Below, piece after piece: positions 11,316-23,596 of a DNA stretch of 64,000 bases (position 1 is the stretch's first letter; every line of letters starts with the position of its first letter). The stretch is from positions 828,004 to 892,003 of the forward strand of contig MU006096.1 of NCBI GenBank assembly GCA_010093705.1. The letters run 5' to 3'. This stretch comes from Patellaria atrata CBS 101060 (Eukaryota). The notes under the pieces were generated by a model. It saw only the letters and a program-made list of their open reading frames with translations. It was not told the DNA's origin and did not search any database. The position numbers and the translations under genes are program-made.

Positions 11316-12653
11316 TAGGTAGATCTTAACATTGGCCTCCTGTGATAGTCCTGCAGTTATGATCCCAAAAGCCCCCAATCCCGCGGGATCAACGGGAAGT
11401 GGGTCCCGCCTCGCTCCTACCCGTCCGGTACCGTCTCCCGGCCTGTTAAAACGCAAGCCATCCTGTACTCTACACTCCCTCAAGTCAACGGGTTATCGTT
11501 CGATTAATATTACACTCCCACAGCAGTTTGTTGGAACTCTTCACTCTCGCATACCGTACGGGTAGTATCACGGCCAACGCGCGCCTGTCTCACTGCTGTC
11601 TGTGTTGTTGCAGTACTACCCCTAATTCCGGAGCTCTTTCTCGAAAATCTGATCTGGGGCGAGGGGTTGTCGGAGAATATGGCGATTGGGGGAAAGATGC
11701 GCGGTAGGGATGGCAAAGATTGGAGGAGGGGCTGAGATGTTGGAAGAAAGAAGGCCCGACTTTCTGTTTCCAAATTGCACGTCTGGAGTGGAATTCGTGG
11801 GATGCGGGGAGGCGATGTGGGTGGATCGGTGAGTTGCGGTGCAGCGGTCTTTCACTATTGACCGATGAACGGCACATATGTACGGTGTTTACGACAGAGT
11901 GCGCCGAGGCAGAATCACGCACCGAAGAGGCACAGTTTGCGTCTCGTTCTCACGTTCTTGGGTACCGGCTGGATAGGGGTCCCATTCGGTCCATTCCTTT
12001 GCCCCGGCGTCTCCGGTTCGACGTTATGTCTTTGAGATAAGAGATGTGATTGGGTTTAAGGAAAGGCGCTTAGACGGATCGGACCAGTTTATAGTACTGG
12101 CATGAGGAGAAATGATAGGGATGGTTGTATACTACTATAGGGTCATCCCGAACGGACAAAAGACGATAGGATAACAGCATGCAGGCCCAGGAATTTGAAA
12201 CCGTAGGTAATATATAGACACACATGTGATTATACGTCTTAAAGTTCAAAAGTCTTCTGCAAGAGCTTGGAATTCATATGGAAATAACAAGGGTTCATGT
12301 GTGGCAATGCTTGGAGTGTTTTTGACATTCATTTTCATTTGAGTATGCTTGCCGCCATGGTATATAACATGAAGATTCACTCTGTTCATCTCTATTCTGA
12401 ATAACAATGCTCGGTCTCTATATAGTACATGTACGTTTGCTAGACATCTACCGGGGGGCCGTCAAGTCTAGAATTTTATAAGTTCTGTAACGTCCACATG
12501 GTCGGGCTATGGCAACGCAGTTTGGAATCCTCACCCTAATCACATTTAACGATGTGTAGTAGCCGATTCTTTCCGTCACATTGGGGTATGTTTCAAATTG
12601 GCCATTATTCGTGCGGCTCTGAAGCCCCATATATATCTCCTCGTGTCTCTGGT

Positions 12654-12827
12654 TGTCATGGCTTAACCTCAGATGGAAGCTGAAAGGTATATTACTATAT
12701 ATACATGAAGCTTAAACTTTAAGGAAAGAAAGTGTTGGGATAGCCTATGCTGTTCTACTAAAGTACAGTATGACTAAGCCGCTGGATCATACAAGGCACT
12801 TATACCTATCGGGTCCAACCCGTAACA
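12654..12827 (-). mobile_element. Solo LTR-like element, inverted relative to the next copy (strand arbitrary)
   Basis: 174 bp bounded by TGT...ACA; near-identical to the reverse complement of 12956-13118; no target-site duplication. Confidence 0.75.
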
Positions 12828-12955
12828 CCTTACCGCTGATAGCGTTCCCTCGCATTGTATTGTTAACTAATCCCTTTTAAGTATCTTGAATCCCTTTATC
12901 GTATTGAAGAATTCCCGGAAAGTAAGACATATAGCTACGGGAATGATCTAGCTAT

Positions 12956-13118
12956 TGTCACGGGTTAGACCCGATAGGTATAAGTGTCTTGGATGATCCA
13001 GCGGCTTAACTTTAGCAGAACAGCATATGCTGTCTCAATACTTTCTTTCCTTAAGTTTAAGCTTCATGTACATATAGCAATATACCTTTCAGCTTCCATC
13101 TGAGGTTGAGCCATAACA
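12956..13118 (+). mobile_element. Solo LTR with 5-bp target-site duplication GCTAT (strand arbitrary)
   Basis: TGTCACGG...CCATAACA termini, flanked by GCTAT at 12951-12955 and 13119-13123. Confidence 0.85.
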
Positions 13119-13768
13119 GCTATTAGCGGTATATAGTCGAGAGCTGTATATATTCCTCGTCTCCAGGCCAGCCTCCGCAACATTAACTGCCGATTAAGAA
13201 TCGGTTTTCTTATGAGGTAGTATTCGATGAATTGACCTGAATGTTGTCGCCGCATACCCCGCCTGTATTTGTCTCCGCCATGTTCATCTCATCCTGAGCT
13301 GTCGATTCCAACCGCCTTGAATGTTATATGGGCTGATAATTCTTCGCATGCGAGTTTGTACAGGAATAGAAAAACTCATCCTCAGCTGTTTGATTGATTA
13401 GTTCTTTTCTATTGTCTGATGCGGTCACTTTATGAGGGAGCATGTGGACGGGCCTATATTAAGAAAAAAAAAAAAACCTACCATCTAGTCGGAGGAAACC
13501 CTATGTTCACCCCACGTAGCTTGGGGCCCTCAGTAGTTCTATTAAATAGTATATATACTGCCCAAATGAGTGTGTGTTCTGAATACATGCTTTATGCTTC
13601 CAGAACAACCCAATTTATTAGATATACAACATTTCAATAGCCACGGCCTTCTATCAGAACCCGTACTAGTTTGTTGACAAATAATATCATTGTGAATACT
13701 TCTCTAACGTTGGCTCGACATACTCATGTACCCACTACTAATCATGCGCAGGCCTTAGTCTTTCGACA

Positions 13769-14119
13769 ATGTCTCCTATCTCGAAATCCATTTTCAAGAA
13801 GTTCCTCAACTTAATGCCTAAGTCCACAGTAATTCAAAAGGCAGTCAATACTGAGTGTGGCAGGTGTCTTTGGCCTTCCCAAACCTCCAAGAATGACCAA
13901 AAGTACAACTTCCGGGCAGATAAAGGCTCCGATCTACCAGGTGGCAAGGTCGAGTTGATCATTCAAGCCAACAAGAATGCGGAAAATAAGGGCGTCCGAG
14001 AGAATGTACAGCAGGATAGTCACAGAATCGTTGCGAAGGTTGTTGTTGATCCAACTAATGACCCTTCGGGAAGCTCTGTGGAGGACGATGCGCTGAACTC
14101 GTTTGAAAAGAAGAACTGA
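13769..14119 (+). CDS. Small hypothetical protein (116 aa)
   Basis: Intact single-exon ORF with good start context (ACAATG) and globular composition. Confidence 0.65.
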   Translation: MSPISKSIFKKFLNLMPKSTVIQKAVNTECGRCLWPSQTSKNDQKYNFRADKGSDLPGGKVELIIQANKNAENKGVRENVQQDSHRIVAKVVVDPTNDPSGSSVEDDALNSFEKKN

Positions 14120-14696
14120 GCTATAGAATATTATACGGCTGTCAGTATAAGCGATCTGAGGAAATAATAGGCGGAACTTCGGGCGTATGGGTCTTGGCAA
14201 GGAACGACGGATATCTTGTCAGAGAGCGTTCTTCTCTCTTCATCAATTTGTTCTTCGTCAATGAGTACTGTTTGTTATGTGATGCTCGTGCCTCTGGAGA
14301 TACTGGCCTTGGCATCATTACTTATATATTAGTTAATACTCTACAACGTCCTGTTATATACGGTAGAGAGCGTGATCCTTCCCACAACTATACGTCTTGC
14401 TTCATCAGGTATTCTTCGATATAATAAAGAAAATTTAATCACTTAAAGAGGATTAGTTAATAAATAATGTGAAGGAATGCTATTCACCGTATGCAACAGG
14501 ATGCTGTGCGAGCTCCAGCTGTGACCTGAGCCAGAATTACCCTCAATTTCACTAGTTCAACGCACAATCGTCTTTCGAGCTCCTTTGTCATCTCCTTGTT
14601 AATCTCTTTTTGAATATGATACTCACTTGATGCTTTTACAAGAATATCCCTAAGTCTCGTTACATTTCTCGCTGGTCTTTTTGTTACAACCGCGTA

Positions 14697-16461
14697 ATGT
14701 CATCATCTCGTAAACTTACCGAGGATTACCGGCTTTTTAATTACACTAATGGTCGTTGGCTCTGGAATGAAAGGCAACAACTCGATGCTCGATACCAGCG
14801 CTTCAATGTTGAGAAACTTGGAAAAGTTGCGAGTGAGGCAATAGGTTCGACTGGATGCATTCTCGTTGGAAAAGATTGGTGAGGGCAATTACAACAAAGC
14901 ATTTCGGCTTATCATGCAAGATGGTCAGAAAGTCATAGCAAAGATCCCCAATCCGAATGCTGGCCCTGCCGGATATACAACTGCATCAGAAGTAGTTAGT
15001 TTGGACTTTGTCAAAACCATCTTGACCCTACCTGCGCCAAAGGTACTGGCTTGGAGTACGACGAAGAGGAATCCCGTCGAGTCTGAATACATCATCATGG
15101 AGGAGGCAAAAGGGAGCCAGCTTCACAAACTCTGGCAAAAATTAGAACTGAGAGCAAAACGTGACATCGTTCGCGAGATTGTCGAGGTTGAGAAGAAAGT
15201 GCTCTCCGTATCGTTTGATAAGTACGTCACCTACCTGCATCTACACAATGTAGGATGTAATTCCATCGTGGTGCTAACATTTCTTAATAGAATTGGATCG
15301 CTATAATTCAAGGATAGTGGATTTGCAGACTTCGGAAGCGCTAAAGCTACAGCAACATCCCCAGAATTGGAAGAAATCATCGAATCACGCTTCTCCATCG
15401 GGCCGATTGTCCGAAGAGAGTTCTGGGCAAAAGAACGAAGTGATATGAGTCAATACCACGGTCCATGTATATTTTCATATCGTCTTGAGCATGCTGTTTG
15501 AGCTGATGGATTTGTGTAGGGAGATCAACAGATCAATACTTCGAGTCGATCGCCCGACGAGAGATTGATTGGATAAAGACGTACGCAGACCCTCAGAAAG
15601 TGATAACAAATCCATGGTTGTACACATCAGACAAACAAAACTGCCCGGATGCCCACATATCGTCGCTTCGCAAGTTTATATCCGCCATTCCTAATATTGT
15701 CTCGAAGGATCACGATCTAGTTTCTCCCCGGCTCTGGCACCTAGATTTCCATCCTGGGAACATATACGTCGATGAGAATGGCCAAATATCAAGCATCATT
15801 GACTGGTAAGGAGCATGGACGTCTCCCTTATTCATTGGAGCTAACCCACCAATGGTTCTAGATTACTCCGTCGAGATGATGATGAAGCTACCAGATAACT
15901 TCAAACAACTTGATGAGACCGTAAAAGACCAGTTGCGATATCAAGTCGCCCAGTCAATCTTGATATGCTCATATGAGACGCGTACTGCGAATGAGAACCC
16001 TTTAATGCACAAAATGATGAGGTATCCACAAGGGAAAACGTTGAAGGAGCTTGAAGCTTTCGCTAATGCTACTTGGGATAACTGTTTGTTTCCCTTTCGA
16101 GAATGCTTAATTCGCATAGAAAGGCAAGTTCAAAACAACTAATTTTGTTTAAAGCGGGTACGCTAACACTTTTCGAAGAGAATGGGATGACTTTTGCTCA
16201 GACAGGCCATGTCCGTATCAATTTTCTATCGAGGAGCTCGGACAACATCAAGGAGAAAGTATAGCGTTCAACGAGAGCCAAGAGTTTTGGGCCTCAGTAG
16301 GTAAAATCGTAAGCGACGAAGGATACGTTTCCGAAGAGGATTTTAGAAAAGGCATTGAGATATTCCAAAGCTTGCGAGAAAGTGGTCTGAATACTCTGTC
16401 CGATAAAGACTGAGAGGATTTTGAGAAGCAAACACGTTGGGTTTTGAATATTGGGACATGA
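14697..16461 (+). pseudogene. APH/phosphotransferase (Aim9-like kinase fold) pseudogene
   Basis: Motifs YTNGRWLWNE, IGEGNYNKAF, AKIPNPNAG, LWHLDFHPGNIYV, IIDW. Frameshift near 14860; stops at 15304, 15807 and 16411. Introns 15222-15290, 15467-15519, 16124-16178 (GC-AG). Confidence 0.9.
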
Positions 16462-17249
16462 CGCGCTCGGTATGAAGTTACTGCACTTGTTGGCGAGAGG
16501 TGGAACTCAAAATCCGACATCAAGTGTACCCTTATGTAAGATACATGTACTCGAAGCCGGCATCTCAGGGCGAACAAGTTGCTGTAAAACGCTCATCCAC
16601 GGTGCCATGCGAGAGGTGTAGACAATTACTGCCGACTGTGATGACTTTACAACAGTAAAGTAAAATGTATACATTTATTTTCACCATTCCTCCTTTGAAT
16701 TGACTATTGGAATACGAACTGTGTGTATAAGTTCTTTGTACCTTCTCTTTCACCAACATTCCCATGGTGAACCATTAAAAGGTACAAGGCCCGGGACGCT
16801 GTGTAATCTCCCCGTCCTCTCGGATTATGATGGGATCGTCTATAAATAAGAAAGAACTGGCATTATGAAACTAAACACCAGAGTGCGTGATCGATTTACC
16901 TTCACTTCCATTGCCATTCCCATCTTGTGGTGGTGTACCAGGAGGACGAATAAGGTCTCGTCCATTTCGGAATGCCGCAACGGGGTAGGAGATACCCTCA
17001 AAAAAGCAAAAGCCATAATGAATCGAAAAAGACCATCCCAAGTCCAGAAGTTTTTGGATAGCTCTAGCGATATTTAAAAAAAAATTTGTGCCTACAGCAA
17101 CTTCTCTCTCAGACCAGATTTAAAACTAGAGAGAAAATGAGAGCATAGTTTATGTAATACGCTGCAGCTTTTCCTCCCAGCCATTCATTGCTTCCCCGTC
17201 CATGATACCATGAACATAGCAATCTGCAATATCTTATCAATACTATGTT

Positions 17250-19123
17250 CTAAGCGCGATAGGGAAGATTGTCCAGTCCTGAGGGAATATTACTCACTTT
17301 CAATAAGCTGATAGCATCCAGCATGTTCCGATTCCTCAGAATATGGTCCCAGAATAAAGGGAACCTGACTTCCGAGGAGAATGAACATGTGGTCTCCCGG
17401 TTCTGGTGTCTGTTTGATGGTGAAAGTAACCCAGACCAAAATAACCTCGTTGAGTTATGAAGAAATTATAACCCTCCCTGCTCGAGTAGGAGCGCATTAG
17501 GAAGCCTTCATCGTAAGGTAACTTTGTGAACACCGGATCTTGACCTAGTCGTTTAACTGGAGGACTAAGTTTCATATCCCAATGGGGGGTCCATGAAAAA
17601 ACATCAAGAATATCTCCGTATATATTCGCGGGTAAAGCCGTAAGATCAAAACCCTGCCACGGAATCGCTATCCTCAAATTACCGCTACCGTCATACTTCA
17701 GGGGGTCGTATATGGATATTATACGATCAAAATATACTCCGCTCGTAGTGAGACGAAATCTATGATATTCAATCTGGGGCATCGCAAGATTGAGAGAACA
17801 AGAGTAAAACTCTCACTCTAAAACACGGCGAAACCTCATGTTAAACGCTACTGACTTGGTATCATTTGTAAAAGTCTCTGGTTCTTCTTCCAATGACCAG
17901 TTGAAGTTAGGGACCCAGGATGGTAGTGATTAATCCGAAAATCGCGCCCCGATGAGAATTCTGAGGTTTCTCTCCTGAATTATTTCTGCCACAGCCGCAG
18001 ATGCCCATACATCCTGTCTGTCCAAAAAGTAGTCCGGCTCAATCCTTTGCGGTCCAGATTTAAGCCTAGAAAGACCTAATAAAGTATATACCTTATCACG
18101 CTGATCTGACGCTTTCCTAGTCGAATATTCTTGTATCAGATCGGACAGACGCATGCTATTACCAAGATGTAGATATATTTCAAGCAGGAGTTCCAAGCTA
18201 AGACCGAGTTTCAAGTGGTGGAGAGATTCAGTGCTGGTCTCTAGTTCTGGAACTTTTTCATTATAACACTTCTCAAATTCTATTTGTAACGAGCCGGGAG
18301 GAATTGCGAAAGGGTCTAATACGAAGAGGATATCCTTAGAGAGTGCGAAATCCTGTACTGTCCATATACGTTGGAACTGCAGACAGAATGCTTTTAGTTC
18401 GGTTGTTATTCGAGTGTAATCGAAAGAAATCTGCATACCTACCCACTCAGCATGTTGGAATTGATCGACAAACCTTTGCAGAGATTGAATCCCCAGCTTG
18501 GTAACCACATGCTTCCGTATGAATCGATGGTATGTGCTGCTTTTGAATACAGCACGATCCAAGATATTACGAAAGTGACCAAAAGTGATGAATAGGACGA
18601 GCAACGCGGAAAAGAGCGGGCCCTGCGCGGCTCTACACAGATACTTTGTACGGGACCACAATAGTTGTAGGAGGACCATCCGGCTACTAGACTGGTTAAA
18701 CCAAGTTAACAAACGGGCTATGTCTCGAACTGTCCTCTTGTCCGAATCCTCGGTGCATATATCACCAATCCAGACGAAAGTAGCAATGGCGTTAGAATAT
18801 ATTTCCCCCATGAGAGCGACTTGGTAAGATCTCTCTTTATCGTCGGTTTGACGGATACAGATAGCATCGATCCACACCACCAAGGCAAGGTCAGGGCACC
18901 TTATGCGTTTCAAGACGGTGAAAAAATTGATAGGGACTTTCCATGGTACATTATCGATGAAAATCTCGGTGATATTTGGGTCGCCCCAAACGTAAGACAA
19001 GGTGGTATATTTGGGTTTATTATCTAACGAAACGACAAACAGAGAACAGGATATCGGATCATCCCACTTCCCAGAAGCAGCGTTAGAAGTCTGATCTGCC
19101 TTCCCGTGAGTTCTTCGTTCATA
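17250..19123 (-). pseudogene. HET-domain (heterokaryon incompatibility, HET-6-like) pseudogene
   Basis: Motifs IRLLTL, LSYVWGD, WIDAICIRQ, RDKVYTLLGL, LPSWVPNF, FFITQRGYFGLG. Frameshift near 19075, stop at 17930 and further frameshifts downstream. 3' boundary approximate. Confidence 0.85.
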
Positions 19124-19641
19124 TTTGAGCCCAAAAGGAGAGTCGAGGGTTGAAACAGAGAAGATCGTGGACGGTGATCATAGGAGCTCTGATTCGGTGG
19201 TTAAATTATTAGGGTAACTCTGGCATCTATTTCGCAAGAAGCATAAGGAGACAAGTTAAGTTGACTCTTGGGAGCCTGGTCGAACCTTTATAGATTCCAA
19301 CGCAGCAAAGCAGAGAAAACCGTTGCAGGTACCTTTTCGCTTGCTCCACCAACCTATCAACAGTCTACAATTGTGGTGGTGTAAACCCGTGAGATCGGGT
19401 GTGACCACATAAGTCTCACCTGACGATCTAGGTATTTCAGACATCTTTGCGAGAATTAGCGGATCAAGGAGAAATAATAGACCAATACTGACCGACCCTC
19501 AGTACGGGGTTGGAGTTTCACGAGGAGAAAGATTTGCTCAACAGAATAAGATCGTCTAGTATATCATTACAGATGCTTGTAGGTTGTTTCTAGCGCCTAT
19601 TAAATGCTCGTAACAAAACCTTACACACTGCAAGTGAGGTA

Positions 19642-21656
19642 CTAAAAGTAACCGGGATTTTGAGACCCATACTGCTGACCGAATCCCGGTAAGGGATCAT
19701 GTTCCATACCGTCTAAGTTCATAAATTCACCCAAATCCGGCAGAATAGCTTCTTGATGTTGCGGCTCCGGTTGGGGTGGCGTAGGTTCTGATATGACCTC
19801 CGTAGTAGAAGCTGGGGGCTGTAAACCGTCCAATATCCGCGTGCTAGGTGGGACCGCTCTGCTTAGAGCTTCTCTCCGATCAGCCTTGCGGATACCGACT
19901 GGTTTGGAAGTATCCGAGTCAGGGCCACCACGACCGTTGATCCAGAAATGAGCGTCGTTGATATCACCACAGCGAACGTTCTCGCTGAATGTTTTTGTAT
20001 CCAGTAGGATCGGGAAAATAAGAGAGGTTTCGTACCATCTCCCTTTTATATCGCTGAGTTCGATACGGCTAAGGGAAGAGGAGAGTTTCCAGAATATGGC
20101 AGTCTGCTTTGTTGGAATGGTCACGCTATTGCGCCACTGCAGGTCCTTTTGCATTCTAAGTGGAAGATATGACGGTTCCGGAAGTTGTTGATTTACTGGA
20201 ACGGTAAAACAGGTGTAAATGTCGCCGATCAATACTACCGATGACTTTGACTTGGCACCGGAAAAGTCGCTCTGAACCCTTTCAAGAATTTCGTTTATCA
20301 CCATTACGTTAGGGTAGTTTGTTCCAGTACGGAGTCTGATGGGCTCTCCTACCCAAATCTTTTCACTACCCAAGTAGAGTCCATTCCACCATCGCTCGTC
20401 GAGACCTGGATTAGGACTTACTCTCTTGACAAGGTCAAAGAGAGTGTATGTAGAGTCTATGTGCTTAGCGGCAAGGATACTTCCATCCACTTCTGAGTCT
20501 CCAAATCCGAAATCACCTTTCGCAATACGCTGCCAGTCAGCAGTCTCGAATGTTACATTCATCTCATTTAACGCCGCGCACGTTAGCGCAGGTGCACTCC
20601 AAGCGAGCCACGGCCTCAACATATGCCCCTGAGGTACGGTGACTTCAGCTGGATATGCTCCCGGAGGTGACAGAGGTTGGACAATGTAAATTCGTTCATC
20701 GCCCTGGGGTGCCGCCTTGTTCCAGTATCTTCGTGATATCACGCTCAGTCCCCAACGTGGCCCTCTATTGAACCAAACTATCTCGCCTGGCCTGTACATA
20801 AATTTGTCGTACTGAGCATCAATTTGTTGATCGGAATTTCTTGGTTGTGGTAGTGGTGTAGGTATTAGTCGCTGCGGAGTAGGTTGAGGTAAAGGGGAAT
20901 GAGCTGGAGGAGGGGGGCCTGATGATTTCGATAATGTGTTAATAGGAGTTTGTATAGACATTGGGCGCCGCGGAATTTCGACAACGGGGCTTCTCAAAGT
21001 GATGTGTGGTTGTCCCTGTGGCTCTTCTTTCTTGATTGTAGATGGGCCATTCATATCTTTTGTTACAGCGCCCTTTTCTGGTTCGAATTCTTCTGGTGAG
21101 CAGAGTTTGCAAGAGCAATTGCCAGGATCTCCTTTCTCGTCCGTAACTAGCCATAATAGATGCGGAAAGAAATCGGCAGGACTTCTGAATCGCTTTCTTC
21201 GCCCTAGCGGATGCCCATATAAATACGCATCTTGTCGGTCATGACCTCCACCAGCATGATTCTTCGCTTTCGAAGGATTTTCTTTATCCGTAGCCTTGGA
21301 TTTGATATGCTCGTAAAGGCGATAGTTTTCGGGGAGCGCATCGAGGATACAACATTTGTCTAGGAGAGACGTTGATTAGTACTAGACATATTAAAATATC
21401 GCAGTGGCAAGTTACCGCTGTGTTCTGCACCTCCAAGTTCGCGTACCAACATGCCAGCCAACTTTCGCCTCCAGTCCAGATGCTTCAATTCATCGGGGCC
21501 TATCTCTCGGTAGTAATCGCTGACCCCTTTCGCATCAGGAGTACGGTCCAGCTGGTCATCTGTAGGCTGATTTTTATCTTTCTTGCCCTTCGAGCCAGCC
21601 GGTATTTCGAGCTTGCCGTCAGAACGACGAACGTATAAAGGGTAAAAACGCGTCAT
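19642..21656 (-). CDS. clr2: Cryptic loci regulator 2 (Clr2)-like transcription-silencing protein
   Basis: LPENYRLYEH, DAYLYGHPLG, RFRSPADFFPHLLWL...CSCKLC, YRPGEIVWF, GLYLGSEKIWVGE; intron 21415-21360. Confidence 0.85.
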
Positions 21657-22695
21657 AACATGGATGATCAAGACGCGAAGCTTGATTCTATCTGACGCTT
21701 TCTAGTTGCGAAAAACCTTTAGCTCTTCTATTCCGTCTGTATGGGTACATGCTGCTAGTTCACATCATCATTAAGTTCGAAACTTCCCAGCAGTATGATC
21801 CTTAAGCAAAGCAGCAGTTAAGATTGAATATTCTTCCCGTCGGTTCGGCGTTTTACTAGAGTATGCGCCACATAATGAGGCTGGTGCTCTGAGGTTGATA
21901 TCTTAGACTAACCCAAGAGGGTGAGACCAGGTAACCACCTCCAGTCTACTCCCGTAAACAAAATAAGGACTAACTTATAACCTAAAGTTTCCCAAGATTG
22001 TTCCAAGACGGTGACAAAATGCAATTTATAAATAAGAGGTCACAAAGAAATAGTAAGGAATCATTATTGGTCAGAAAGTTCAGTTAAACACAGTAGCTCA
22101 CTCAGTCCATGATTATCTGTAGATATCATCGATAAGTACCGTACACCATACACATCCAAACCGAACCGCAATCCTGGAAAACGCATTTTTGCTTCCACAT
22201 GCCGTTGATAGACCCTTAATATCACCCAATCACCCACTACAATTGGCCCTCACCAGCCTCGATACGCTCGCTGAATCACACCCGGTAACCTATCGCACAT
22301 AACTTATGTGCTGTCCCCCGGCACTGTACGGTGAAGTCGTACGTACGGTTAGACATCCGGTACGATTCTGCTTTCACCGTACTGTACAGTTTGAAATCTC
22401 TTTGGCGAGTGAGCGTACAGTACGATAGGCAATCCATGGCCCGACAGAGAACTAACAAGTACGTGGATGGATTTTTGCAACTCAAAGGCGCCGAAAGGCG
22501 AGTGATCTGATATCTTAATTTTCAAGACGTACGGGGAGTGGAGGTAGGTCAAAGCATCGGACAAAGTACCGGATGAAAATACCGTCTATATATTCCCAGT
22601 TGCAGCTCGAGACCCACAAAATGTCCAATCTAACACCACTCATTCCGTCATATCCGCAAGAAAACCCCTTAACCCTCCTGCCTTACCTCGACCAG

Positions 22696-23290
22696 CTATC
22701 CCGCTGCAAGCTTCTCGCCCACCTCCTCCACCTCCTCCGCATCCGTGACCTCGATCACCTTCCCGACCCCACTTGCCTCCCTTACCAGCTCCTTCGCGCC
22801 CGCATACAACATCCTCTGCTGTGCCGTCGTTGTCGAGGGCATGTAGTATAGCATCACATACGGTACAGACAGTCTACCACTCGGCAGCGTTACGGGGTAG
22901 GAGAGCAGGATGAAGCGCGGGGTGTGGTCGGGGAGGTCGGCGGCGATGTCGGGGAGGGAGGTGTAGGTTTCGGGGTTTTCCTCTTGGGAGATTTCGAGGG
23001 TGTCTTTTTTGATCTGGTCTTGAGAGGGAGTGGGGTTAGAGTTGAGTGTAGAGAGGAGTTCTGTAAGGGGTGGAGGGATGGGTAAGAGAGAGGTATGGGG
23101 TGTGCGGAATGACGTACAGATCACCGCTTGCGGATCTTTAGCTCTGCTGGTCCCGAGGCGGAATTTGCGGAGCGCGGTGTGGGTTTCGGGGGAGATGGTG
23201 TAGAGACGAGCTTCGGAGGTCTGGTTGCGGGCGGAGGAGTGTTAGTAGGATGGTACCGTATGGGAGTCGCAGTCTCGAGGGATCTACCAT
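22696..23290 (-). CDS. GMF1: Glia maturation factor (ADF-H/cofilin family, Aim7/Gmf1-like)
   Basis: Spliced product MTSEARLYTISPETHTALRKFRLGTSRAKDPQAVIYQI...LPDHTPRFILLSYP...RMLYAGAKEL; introns 23287-23221 and 23117-23019. Confidence 0.9.
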
Positions 23291-23596
23291 GATGAGTTTG
23301 TCTCCCGACCGCTCCGGAGCGGTTCGGAATAAGGTAAACTGAGGTGGCCCGGGGAATATCAACTGGTAAGGTAGCGATGTGGAGGTTTCCAACCTATTCG
23401 TTGACTATCGATGGGAGGGGCAGTTCTATCGCGCCAAGAATCAACAGCCCCTCATGCGCGCGGCTCCATAGCTCTTCCCCTGAAGCGCTACCCACCATCT
23501 CGATGATCTCGTCCCCTCGCACCTCCTCTATACGAAACTGCAGGTTCTCTCAATCGGTGCCCTCACTCGCGCCTACCCTAATTCACCGCCTTTCAT

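Noticed and set aside
22460..22510. ATTTTTG followed by a CGCC-GAAA-GGCG hairpin, like an snRNA Sm site
   Set aside because: No U1, U2, U4 or U5 signature sequence recognised upstream.
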